Of a stretch of DNA of 64,000 nt, positions 26,880 through 35,595 are shown in pieces; the stretch's first letter is position 1, and every line of letters begins with the position of its first letter. The notes beneath the pieces were generated by a model. The model made no database searches and was not told the origin of the DNA. It saw nothing but the letters and a program-made list of their open reading frames with translations. Source of the DNA: a virus (Duplodnaviria; Caudoviricetes); IMG/VR virus record IMGVR_UViG_3300027753_000007, positions 1 to 64,000 of that record, one strand, 5' to 3'. Position numbers and translations under genes: made by a program.

Positions 26880-28199
26880 TTATTTCCTAAAAATATCGTC
26901 GGATGTATATTTGTCTAATTTTGCTGCTAGAGATTCTGTTAAACCTTCAATTACGTCACCACATTCTTCCACTTCAACTTCTGTCTCATCTTCCTCATCA
27001 ACTTCCTGTGCGTTTTCTAGCACGTTCTTGATGATTGTCTTTTCAAACTTGTTTAGCTCGTTGCCTTCAATTAGCTTGCCAGCAACACGGTTCATAAACT
27101 TAGACAAGTCATTTTCGGTCACTGCGCGTTCTGCTATGCTACGTAAGCGATAGCCCATCTTTTGGATTGGGTTGTCAAACTCTAACACATCGGCTTCCGA
27201 TAGTTCGGTTGTGCGCTTGACCAGGAATGGCGTCTTACTTGTCTCCACAAGCTTATCTTTCCATGCTTGTTTCTCTACTACAAATTTCTTAACCAAGGGA
27301 AGTACCTCACTCATTTTTTCGTCAAATTTTCTAACGGTGAACAATTCTTTTAATTCATCTGTATCTTCGTCTATAGCACCTTCAGATTCTTTGATGCTTT
27401 CCTTTACGCTGTGGTATGTTTTTGCGCCAGTTAGCTTACCTAGCTGCCGTTTCAAATCAAACACATTTTCTCTGACCAATGCTACAACGTCTTCGCTGTT
27501 CTCGTTAATAAGCTTGTTAGTCTTTGCATAACGCATAAACTCATTTAGCTTGATTAGGTTGCCTGAGGATTCAATAATGTACTGGCCGATAACGTCCTCA
27601 AACGAACCACCTTCGTGCATATGACGAGCCATTGCTCTTGCACAAGGTAGGCAGTTATGAGGGAAGCGGCGCCGCTCACCGTTCTGCTCCAGGAAGATAG
27701 CACTAATGCGACGGCTACGGGATCCGCGCACATCTTCGTCAACAGCAGTACGGTGGCGGGCCACAATCTTTACAGACTCCAAGGTCTGGTAACTGGTTTT
27801 GGTGCTGCCATACATTCTCGATAGGGCGGCTTCGCTTAATTCATCCATATCTTTACCTTTATCTTTATATTGTTTAGCTTGGTACGCATAGTCCTTAGGC
27901 GTAATTTGCTGTCCAAAGACTTTTACTTGGGATTTCAACATATACGAAGTAGCTAGATTCTTCAATTGTTTCATTATAGAAGCAAGAGTATCTAGATCAA
28001 TGTGCTTATTTTTATTAAGTTTGATTTCGCGGTTGTCTTCATCTACTGTAACCATATAGTTTGGTTCAGCTACAAAGAATCTGCGGGCTTCTTTGGGGTC
28101 GCTTGTCTCACGACCATCTGGTGTGAACATAACGATCTTATGACCGTGGCCCTTGATTATAGCAAATACTTTTTCGGAAACTTTATCGTAGTTAATCAT
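26880..28199 (-). CDS. Conserved late head-assembly (core/scaffold-like) protein
   Basis: 439 aa acidic, L-x-E motifs, late octamer 28221-28228, next to terminase. Confidence 0.55.
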   Translation of the reverse strand: MINYDKVSEKVFAIIKGHGHKIVMFTPDGRETSDPKEARRFFVAEPNYMVTVDEDNREIKLNKNKHIDLDTLASIMKQLKNLATSYMLKSQVKVFGQQITPKDYAYQAKQYKDKGKDMDELSEAALSRMYGSTKTSYQTLESVKIVARHRTAVDEDVRGSRSRRISAIFLEQNGERRRFPHNCLPCARAMARHMHEGGSFEDVIGQYIIESSGNLIKLNEFMRYAKTNKLINENSEDVVALVRENVFDLKRQLGKLTGAKTYHSVKESIKESEGAIDEDTDELKELFTVRKFDEKMSEVLPLVKKFVVEKQAWKDKLVETSKTPFLVKRTTELSEADVLEFDNPIQKMGYRLRSIAERAVTENDLSKFMNRVAGKLIEGNELNKFEKTIIKNVLENAQEVDEEDETEVEVEECGDVIEGLTESLAAKLDKYTSDDIFRK

Positions 28200-28235
28200 T
28201 TAGTGCGCTCCAATATATTGTATTTATCTATTTGG

Positions 28236-29810
28236 CTAAATAATGATGGGAAGCGGAGCCTCACCTTCCTCCTCAAACATGCCACCCACATCACCACTCA
28301 TTACGGACTGTGTCTCATCGTCCCACGTAGCAATATGCTGTGCCATTCTAACCAATATAAGCATTGCTGAGATTAGATCATCAGTTTCGCCTACGTTAGC
28401 TTTATATGTGTTGCCTGTAGCAATAAAATACTTTAGTTCGTGTATTAGATTCTTGCTATAAATCTTTAGCTTGTCTTGTTCGATCAGCGTCTTCATCTTC
28501 GTACATGCTTCAAGCTTCGTTGTGTTCGTAGTGAGATAACCTTTTCTCTTGTTTCTATTAGCAAGGTTCCTGTTTGGATCATGCATAAACGTGCCAGGGA
28601 AGCGTTCCTCACCTGTGTCACGTATAACAATCAACGCACCTTCACCTAAGCTATTTGATTCTACAGTCCAATACAATTCTGATTCTGGAGCCCGTTCGCG
28701 TATCTCTAGCAGCATAGCACGTAGCACCTTGACCTGATCTTCAATCAGTGTTTGGTTGTTTTGCCATTCCGCAACCTGCTTCATTGACGGTAACTCCAAC
28801 ACCTCAATAGCAGCATTATCGCCACCAGTTCCCATTGACGGATCAAGTGCGAGGCAGTATGTTTTGCCATTGCGGATCTTGTCGTACCAGCGTACTTGTC
28901 CTGTCTTCTCAATAGGATCAATGCCGCTGCCACTTAGCAACGTTAGTTTAGCGGAACTAATGAGGGTCTCGGAGAAGGACACGAACATGCACTCATGCTC
29001 TCGTTGGAAACGTTCCTCACCAATCTTGTTGCGCTCAATGCTTGCCCATGCTTCATCTCGATCTGGATGTGCTGTCCAGTCTGCATAGTAGCCTTTGAAT
29101 CCATTTGCACCAATACCCGTGTCGTTACCAAACTGATCCAGTGTCTTTTGTGAACCGTACCAAATCTCAGCAAACTGGTCATCGTCAACGTTTGGTGTTG
29201 AAGTGATGATACACTTACCACCTGTTGACAAAGTTGGTGAAATTGAGGTCCAGAACTCACGCGCAATACGTGGTGGCACGAACGCAAACTCATCCAAGTA
29301 CACAAGCGATAGGGACATACCACGACCAGTCTTCTCAGTAGTAGCCTGTGCCACAATACGTGAACCGTTGTCGAATGTCATGCTGCCTTTGTTGTATTCT
29401 GATCCGCCAGCTCGTATATGGTCGGGAATTGACTCATAGCAATAACGTATACGCTGCATAATTTCACTTGCGCCGCTGCGTTGGTGTGCCGCAATGAGGA
29501 TTGTTGAATCTGGGACAAACATAGCGTACCATAGCAAATAGCCTGCGGCTAGTGTCGTCTTACCAAGCTGGCGACCAATCATTGCTATGGATGATCTGTA
29601 GTTGTGGTATACTTCGCACAACTCAATTTGGTAATCGAAAGGATCGAACTTCATACGACCTTTAGTGGCGTGCTGTATGTACATGAAGTTAGACATAAAG
29701 TACATAGGACCATTTAACGGGTCACTACATTTAGCTAGTTCATCTAGCATCTCGGGCGTATAAGATACTAACGCTCCGGGTTTCTTTACAAATTTATTAT
29801 CTGTGTACAT
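28236..29810 (-). CDS. 17: Terminase large subunit
   Basis: GRQLGKTT, YLDEFAF, ITSTPN, LDPSMG, ESN, TDDLISA. Confidence 0.95.
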   Translation of the reverse strand: MYTDNKFVKKPGALVSYTPEMLDELAKCSDPLNGPMYFMSNFMYIQHATKGRMKFDPFDYQIELCEVYHNYRSSIAMIGRQLGKTTLAAGYLLWYAMFVPDSTILIAAHQRSGASEIMQRIRYCYESIPDHIRAGGSEYNKGSMTFDNGSRIVAQATTEKTGRGMSLSLVYLDEFAFVPPRIAREFWTSISPTLSTGGKCIITSTPNVDDDQFAEIWYGSQKTLDQFGNDTGIGANGFKGYYADWTAHPDRDEAWASIERNKIGEERFQREHECMFVSFSETLISSAKLTLLSGSGIDPIEKTGQVRWYDKIRNGKTYCLALDPSMGTGGDNAAIEVLELPSMKQVAEWQNNQTLIEDQVKVLRAMLLEIRERAPESELYWTVESNSLGEGALIVIRDTGEERFPGTFMHDPNRNLANRNKRKGYLTTNTTKLEACTKMKTLIEQDKLKIYSKNLIHELKYFIATGNTYKANVGETDDLISAMLILVRMAQHIATWDDETQSVMSGDVGGMFEEEGEAPLPIII

Positions 29811-29848
29811 AATAGTATTTATCTAAAAAGAAACACACCTTTCATAAT

Positions 29849-29877
29849 AAAGAAAGGGGCATTGCCCCTTTCTTTTT
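29849..29877. terminator. Terminator
   Basis: AAAGAAAGGGGC-ATT-GCCCCTTTCTTT. Confidence 0.8.
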
Positions 29878-29896
29878 GATACGCTCACATAATTTG

Positions 29897-31516
29897 TTAT
29901 CGGTTCGGATACTTTTTCTTGTATGCTGCTGAATTCTTAATTTCGGCGTCCCTTGCATCTGCTGCGCTTAGTTTCTTAGGTGCTTTCTTTTTCGCTGCAA
30001 TATCTTTCCTTCTTTGGGTAGCAGAAACGCTTTTGTTTGACTTTCTAATAAACGTTGACATTTCGTGTGAATATCTATTTAGCACTTCCATTCGATCTTC
30101 AAATTGCGAGGGTGACTCCGACTCTTTAACCCAGCCAACAAGTTTCTTGAGATATTGTGCGCGTCTATTAAATGCTATCACACTTGATGGATGCTCGCTA
30201 ACCAACGTATTACGAACATCTGCAATCCATGTATCAATCACACTGTCAGACATATTAGCACAGAAGTCAGTATATTCCTTCTCTATTGCCTGTTCCATCA
30301 TCTCTTGCTCTAGGCGTTTGAAATATGGGAGTTTTGCAATAAATTTATACGTTGCAGTCCTTATATACTCTAGCGCATCATTGCGCAGAGCCTCTAGCGC
30401 GTTGGCCATATCGCCTTCAACTAGATTTTTTTTTCGATCTGCTTTTACGTAGTCGGCATATTCTCTAATATATTTTTCGTGTAATTCGCTTGTTGCTTCA
30501 TCTACTTTTACACTAGTATACATAGGGTTGTCGCCATGCTTGGCTCCGCCTGGACCAGCTTTGCGTGTTGGTGAGGATGTAGCACCCTTAGGGAAATAAT
30601 CCTGTCCATCAGCAGTATGTTGGTCTTCGTAGCCGTTGCCGAGGTCTTCTTCAATTTCTTCTTCCTCTTCGTTAAAACGATATCCGCTCCTTGCATACTC
30701 ATCTTGGAAATCAAATTCATCAAAGTCTTCGTCGTCGCCAACGTCAACAATACGGTCATCAGGAGCATCGAACTCGTCGTCTTCTACAGTGTCGTACTTG
30801 CCCCTTGGCTTTGCTTCTTTAGGGCTGGCTAGATAATCTTCTTCTACTTCAAAATCATCTTCGCGCACTTCCTCTACGTTCTCGTCACCTGGCGGGAACT
30901 TGCTAAGAAACTTAGCAGGTGCACTTTTACAACGCTTTGTAAATTCAAGCATAGTTGTTGAAGAACGCAAGTATTCGTGTAGTTCGTCGAGTGCGCCGTG
31001 CATAGCTTCCGCTTTTGGGTGTTCATCTGGAATCATTGATCCAAGCTGATCTATAACATTCTGTGACTCGTTTTCGATAACATCTTTTATAACATCTTTG
31101 CCTGCGAGGCCGCTTAGTGCGTCTGCCATACGCGCCCGAATGTTAAAACCTTCGCGCACTTCCTCTACGTTCTCGTCACCTGATGAGAATGGGGACATTG
31201 TGCCTTCCTCATTATGTAGGCCAGCAAGCTTACGTAGATCATATAAATCCTTGTCCATATCATTTTCCTCAATTGCATCGCGGCTGAAGTTAGTAGCTAG
31301 TTCGCGTTGTTCTCTTGATAGTAAATCTTCTGATTCAAACTGGTCGAAATCAGGACGCTTAAATTCACCAGTTACATCCTTCAAACCATGCTCACATGCT
31401 TCGCAGCCTTCTCCAAAGCAGTCTTGACAGACTTCGTAAGAGCCAGTGTGCTCGTTATCGTCGGAGTCAAATAAACCTTCGATGATCTTCCGCATTTCTC
31501 TAATATCTTTGCTCAT
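29897..31516 (-). CDS. Acidic processed prohead core/internal protein
   Basis: 539 aa, very D/E-rich, multiple V/L-x-E sites, internal repeat. Confidence 0.55.
   Translation of the reverse strand: MSKDIREMRKIIEGLFDSDDNEHTGSYEVCQDCFGEGCEACEHGLKDVTGEFKRPDFDQFESEDLLSREQRELATNFSRDAIEENDMDKDLYDLRKLAGLHNEEGTMSPFSSGDENVEEVREGFNIRARMADALSGLAGKDVIKDVIENESQNVIDQLGSMIPDEHPKAEAMHGALDELHEYLRSSTTMLEFTKRCKSAPAKFLSKFPPGDENVEEVREDDFEVEEDYLASPKEAKPRGKYDTVEDDEFDAPDDRIVDVGDDEDFDEFDFQDEYARSGYRFNEEEEEIEEDLGNGYEDQHTADGQDYFPKGATSSPTRKAGPGGAKHGDNPMYTSVKVDEATSELHEKYIREYADYVKADRKKNLVEGDMANALEALRNDALEYIRTATYKFIAKLPYFKRLEQEMMEQAIEKEYTDFCANMSDSVIDTWIADVRNTLVSEHPSSVIAFNRRAQYLKKLVGWVKESESPSQFEDRMEVLNRYSHEMSTFIRKSNKSVSATQRRKDIAAKKKAPKKLSAADARDAEIKNSAAYKKKYPNR
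30859..31182. repeat. 33-bp perfect direct repeat (30859-30891 and 31150-31182), 291-bp period
   Basis: CTTCGCGCACTTCCTCTACGTTCTCGTCACCTG twice; encodes GDENVEEVRE. Confidence 0.9.
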
Positions 31517-32131
31517 TTACTTCTTACCGCCTAGCACACTAAAGCCGCCCTTCTCACCAACGTCATCCGCTGCTACGCCTGCACGATCTGTAGTCTGCTT
31601 AGGCATTAGTGGATTTTCGATGATGGTTGGCTCGCGTTCATCGCGCTCATCTGCAAGCTCTTTTAGGAACTTGTCGTTATAGGCTTTACCGTACAATGGC
31701 TTTTCACCATCGTCTTCGTATTCTGTGCCCATAACTGGTTTGTAATTGGCTTTGAATGTTGGGTCAAGGCGTGCCAGCATTTCTTCTGTGTACGCATCTC
31801 GAGGATCCTTTGCATTATATACAGCAATGCCTTGTTGGTTTACACCAACCTTATCGCACAAATATACACGTAGCATATCTGACGCTGCTGGATATCCTAG
31901 CACGACTTCGACAATATGTACTTCTGTATTACGCACATTTGGGAAGTCCAATGGGTTCTCTTGGATTGGTGTGCTTTTCCACGCACCAATTGACCGTAGG
32001 TCATACTTAGTCAACGCCTGTTCAAGCGCATCCTTCATATCACTCGTAAACTCATTTACAGCAAACTTGAGTTTATATGTATACTCTTTTGCTGATTCCG
32101 TTAGATAATAATCTTTAAAATTTTTGCCCAT
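31517..32131 (-). CDS. Conserved late head protein (KNFKDYYLTE|S)
   Basis: SD-led ATG 32131; late octamer 32159-32166; T4 CTS-like N-terminus. Confidence 0.6.
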   Translation of the reverse strand: MGKNFKDYYLTESAKEYTYKLKFAVNEFTSDMKDALEQALTKYDLRSIGAWKSTPIQENPLDFPNVRNTEVHIVEVVLGYPAASDMLRVYLCDKVGVNQQGIAVYNAKDPRDAYTEEMLARLDPTFKANYKPVMGTEYEDDGEKPLYGKAYNDKFLKELADERDEREPTIIENPLMPKQTTDRAGVAADDVGEKGGFSVLGGKK

Positions 32132-32190
32132 GAAAAGCATCCTCGTTTTATATCGTAGTATTTATCAATTACGCAAGAAAAAGGCGAGAT

Positions 32191-32661
32191 TTATCGTTCG
32201 CGAATATGTTTGAGCAATTCGTTGCGGTCGAATTCAGCACCTGAGGATGTTGGGTCTGCGACTCCGGCGGGGTGGCTTCTCTTGACATCTAAATCTAGTT
32301 TTGCCTTCTTCAATTGTAGCTCAACCATTTTTATTTTGCGATTGGTTTTAGAGTCCCTCGCTTCCATTGCTGTCTTTAGCATGGTAGCAGCGGCTTCCAT
32401 CATCTTCGCAGCATGAGCATCGTGGCTGCTAAGTGCCAGTTCCTTACATTCTTCGTACGTTTCAAATGCAGCATCAAAGATTTCGTCCATCTCTTTGTCG
32501 TGCATGTGGAGGTCGCCAACAGTCGCTAATGCGTGTTCAATTTTCTCAGTAACCGTAATGGCGTTCATTACTTCCGATTCAACATTGGTTGTTGGTTCGG
32601 TTTCAGGTTCATCTTCTTGCATTGGGGCAAGGTCAAATACTTCTTCCAGTCGCTTTGTCAT
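32191..32661 (-). CDS. Putative terminase small subunit
   Basis: Helical 156 aa, DRNELL C-terminal motif, position in packaging module. Confidence 0.55.
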   Translation of the reverse strand: MTKRLEEVFDLAPMQEDEPETEPTTNVESEVMNAITVTEKIEHALATVGDLHMHDKEMDEIFDAAFETYEECKELALSSHDAHAAKMMEAAATMLKTAMEARDSKTNRKIKMVELQLKKAKLDLDVKRSHPAGVADPTSSGAEFDRNELLKHIRER

Positions 32662-32679
32662 ACTAGTATTTATACACTT

Positions 32680-33120
32680 TTATCTTTTGTGGTTCACAAA
32701 AATGTCACTTTCATTGATAATCTTGAAAGTTAGACCGTGTTTTTTGCACCAGGATGCCGCAGCTTTCCATTTAGCAGCATTGATAGCGAGACTTACTTTA
32801 TCGTAGCGGGATTTAGCTTCCGCTACAAATGTTTGTGAAGCTGGTTTGACCTCAATCAGTTCTTGATGACGATTACCCTTGGAATCTTCATACACCATCA
32901 AAAAGTCAGGCACGTACATGCTGCCTTTGCGTGTTACAGGATTCAAATATGGGATTCGGATGCTCTCACTTGCCCAGCTAATAACGCTAGAGTGCTTATC
33001 CGCCATACGCATAAACGCAAGCTCCCATGTGCTGCGATAGACGATAGGATATGTACCAACATATTTTCCGGGGTTTGTTGGTGTGAATTTTCCGTTTAGT
33101 GCTTTACGTCTACTAGCCAT
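32680..33120 (-). CDS. 4: Head completion nuclease (gp4-like, TnsA/PD-(D/E)xK fold)
   Basis: YRSTWE, YVPDF, LIEVKP, AKWKAA..WC. Confidence 0.88.
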   Translation of the reverse strand: MASRRKALNGKFTPTNPGKYVGTYPIVYRSTWELAFMRMADKHSSVISWASESIRIPYLNPVTRKGSMYVPDFLMVYEDSKGNRHQELIEVKPASQTFVAEAKSRYDKVSLAINAAKWKAAASWCKKHGLTFKIINESDIFVNHKR

Positions 33121-33572
33121 TACGGGATCAAATACCTTGATCGTAGGCTCAATGAATTATCTACTGCAACTGAACCTGATAATTGGTTTGTCGAATCACG
33201 CAGTTGGTTGATGTATTTATATGTCTCAGCGGATAGCAATGAAAGTTGGCTGCTGTTGGTGCTCTCAATTAGAGACATTACGCTAACGCCTTGTGCTTTT
33301 GCAGCGTCAACAAACACCAGTGCCATAGCCTTTGCAGCTAGCGGTGATGCACCGAGGCGTTCTAAGTGGCCTAGTGCTGATTGGTAGTCGTGTATATTTA
33401 CGGATGCTGGTGTAAGGCCCTTTGTTAGGAAGCGTTGTACGTCTGCGGCCATAGGTGTTTCGCCACCTTGGCCATCTGAAACTAGATTGGAAAGTTTTCC
33501 GCCTGCTTGCTGTGCCTTGACACCTGCGCCAAAGAACCGTACTAACGATGTGCTGACGCGATTAACGGTCAT
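33120..33572 (-). CDS. Putative baseplate/tail protein
   Basis: Coupled within tail operon. Confidence 0.5.
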   Translation of the reverse strand: MTVNRVSTSLVRFFGAGVKAQQAGGKLSNLVSDGQGGETPMAADVQRFLTKGLTPASVNIHDYQSALGHLERLGASPLAAKAMALVFVDAAKAQGVSVMSLIESTNSSQLSLLSAETYKYINQLRDSTNQLSGSVAVDNSLSLRSRYLIP

Positions 33573-34837
33573 TATCCACCACCGCCACCTGTACCGCGTG
33601 TTGGTGGATCTTGGGATGCGTTTGGTGTAGCTTCCGATGGTGTGGTTGTTGTAATGCCGCTAACTACGCTAGTCACCGCACCAGACACAGTAGACTGGAA
33701 ATTATTTCGGGCAGTATTGTAAACGCTGCGGCTAATTTGATTCGCCGTGGTTCGTAATGCCTGCACTGGGTCAGGATTGAGAGATACCGTGCCTCCGAAA
33801 ATGCTAGCGGATACTACTGTGCCAATGGCATCTGGGATTGCTCCTACTATGCCGCTAATGGAATCTTCAACTCTTGCTACGTTCTCTTGTCCTATAACTC
33901 TCGTAATTGTTGATCCGAGAGGACTAGAAAGGAAATTATCCACACCCGCAAAGTTTGTTGAAGAGGTTCCGTCGCAATTGACAGTTGGTAGTTGTGGCTC
34001 TGGTGATCCAAGATCACGACCGTTCACTGGGGTTCTGATGGTTATTAGGTTCGCCATCTCCCAGAAGTCTCCGTACTTATAACGGTCTAATTCGTCAGCG
34101 TTTAGCGGTTGATTCACGTTAGAGTAAATTACGTCTTCGTATTCAAAATCCATACTCATTTGTACTAAGCCAGACACATCTTCATAGTCTAGTGTATCGT
34201 GTGTAAACTGCCTAATACGTGGACGAATTATAGTTGTGCGGGAGAACCTACCGCCGTGTACTTGGTAAATGTCAATACTTTCTATTAGGTATTTGTTGTC
34301 ACCAACACGCGCTAAATTATAACCAAAATTATCATTAAACTTGTCAGTAATAATGTCGTTTAAGAATTCAGTACGTTCAAGTCGGCGACCATCTGAGCCA
34401 GCAGTCTTTTGTTTTGCTAAACCGTCTTTGAAATAGTATTCATAATACATTTCCCACAGTCGAAGGGTTCGACCTTCGACTGAATCATGGAATGTAATTG
34501 TGATGGGATTAAAGTTTAATCGTTTTTGCGATATGCGTTTCTTATTATACTGGTTTAGTATATCAGTGTCCATTGTCATTGACGGCATTATAATGGATTT
34601 GACCATTGTAGATACCATGCTTTGATCGGCGTCTGTTAAAAAGCTCCTTACAAACTCTCGTACTTCTCTGTTTTGATCAAAGTTAACACGGACAAAGAAT
34701 TCAAACTTATGGCGAGGCGTCCCATTGCTGAGATCTGATTTATTAAGACCAAAGGCTTCAACAGCATGATGGGTGTCGCGTAAGCGAACCGTTTGCCCAA
34801 AGATGCTGCTGAAGATGCCCTCAAACTGCGCCGCCAT
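33572..34837 (-). CDS. Tube-fold baseplate/tail-tube initiator (gp48/gp54-like)
   Basis: PRHKFEF, MPS, NQYN, ITITFHD, F.HDTLDY, directly after tube. Confidence 0.65.
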   Translation of the reverse strand: MAAQFEGIFSSIFGQTVRLRDTHHAVEAFGLNKSDLSNGTPRHKFEFFVRVNFDQNREVREFVRSFLTDADQSMVSTMVKSIIMPSMTMDTDILNQYNKKRISQKRLNFNPITITFHDSVEGRTLRLWEMYYEYYFKDGLAKQKTAGSDGRRLERTEFLNDIITDKFNDNFGYNLARVGDNKYLIESIDIYQVHGGRFSRTTIIRPRIRQFTHDTLDYEDVSGLVQMSMDFEYEDVIYSNVNQPLNADELDRYKYGDFWEMANLITIRTPVNGRDLGSPEPQLPTVNCDGTSSTNFAGVDNFLSSPLGSTITRVIGQENVARVEDSISGIVGAIPDAIGTVVSASIFGGTVSLNPDPVQALRTTANQISRSVYNTARNNFQSTVSGAVTSVVSGITTTTPSEATPNASQDPPTRGTGGGGG

Positions 34838-34850
34838 ATTAGGCCCCTAA

Positions 34851-35471
34851 TTAACCTACGGTTGTGCCGCCAGTAAAGCCATCCAATATATTCGGCATTG
34901 GATCACCACCGACTGTTGTACCATCGTTATCATTCGGACCAGATAGTAGTGTTGCGTTGTCATAACGAACCGTTAATTGCAACTTCATGTATTCAGCACC
35001 ACTCTCATAGTTATACTCATTAGCAACTACGTTAGTTAAGAAGCATCCTGTTAATTCCCAAGACTCTAATTCTTCAGCGTTTGTGCCATCTAACGTATGA
35101 ATCTGCATACCAAACTTATAGTTCGTACCAGCAACTGGACCAATCTGTTCGTAATGGTTCATTTGACGCTGTACCTGAGAATATACGGCAGATGCAATAG
35201 CACCTGTAATATCGTCCCTAACTACTAGGTCAATTGGTTGCCAGGCATGCTTACCCATTACATATGCAATGGAGTTGTAAGAATGTACTGCGGCTTCCTC
35301 ATGCGTTATGGAAGGCCTTACAACAGACTGTACGTTAGCTGTAAGCTCGCGAAGATTATTATTAGTTCCAAAGTTATTAAAAATAACGCGGAAGCGATAT
35401 GCCATTCTTGGCTGTAGCATACCTTGCTTGACGCCATCAAGTGGCACGCCAAATTTACTTAAATCACCCAT
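34851..35471 (-). CDS. 19: Tail tube protein
   Basis: QPRMAYRFRV, GKHAWQPI, WELTGCF, VRYDNA; follows sheath. Confidence 0.85.
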   Translation of the reverse strand: MGDLSKFGVPLDGVKQGMLQPRMAYRFRVIFNNFGTNNNLRELTANVQSVVRPSITHEEAAVHSYNSIAYVMGKHAWQPIDLVVRDDITGAIASAVYSQVQRQMNHYEQIGPVAGTNYKFGMQIHTLDGTNAEELESWELTGCFLTNVVANEYNYESGAEYMKLQLTVRYDNATLLSGPNDNDGTTVGGDPMPNILDGFTGGTTVG

Positions 35472-35547
35472 CTAAATGTTCTCCTAATTGAACAATTGTG
35501 TATTTACTAATTATTTATCACTTTCTAGCAATTTTTATTCCAGGCAT

Positions 35548-35574
35548 AAAGAAAGCGACATAAAGCCGCTTTCT
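35548..35574 (-). terminator. Terminator after sheath
   Basis: AGAAAGCG/CGCTTTCT stem. Confidence 0.6.
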
Positions 35575-35595
35575 CTATTCGTGTGAGCCCAATAA

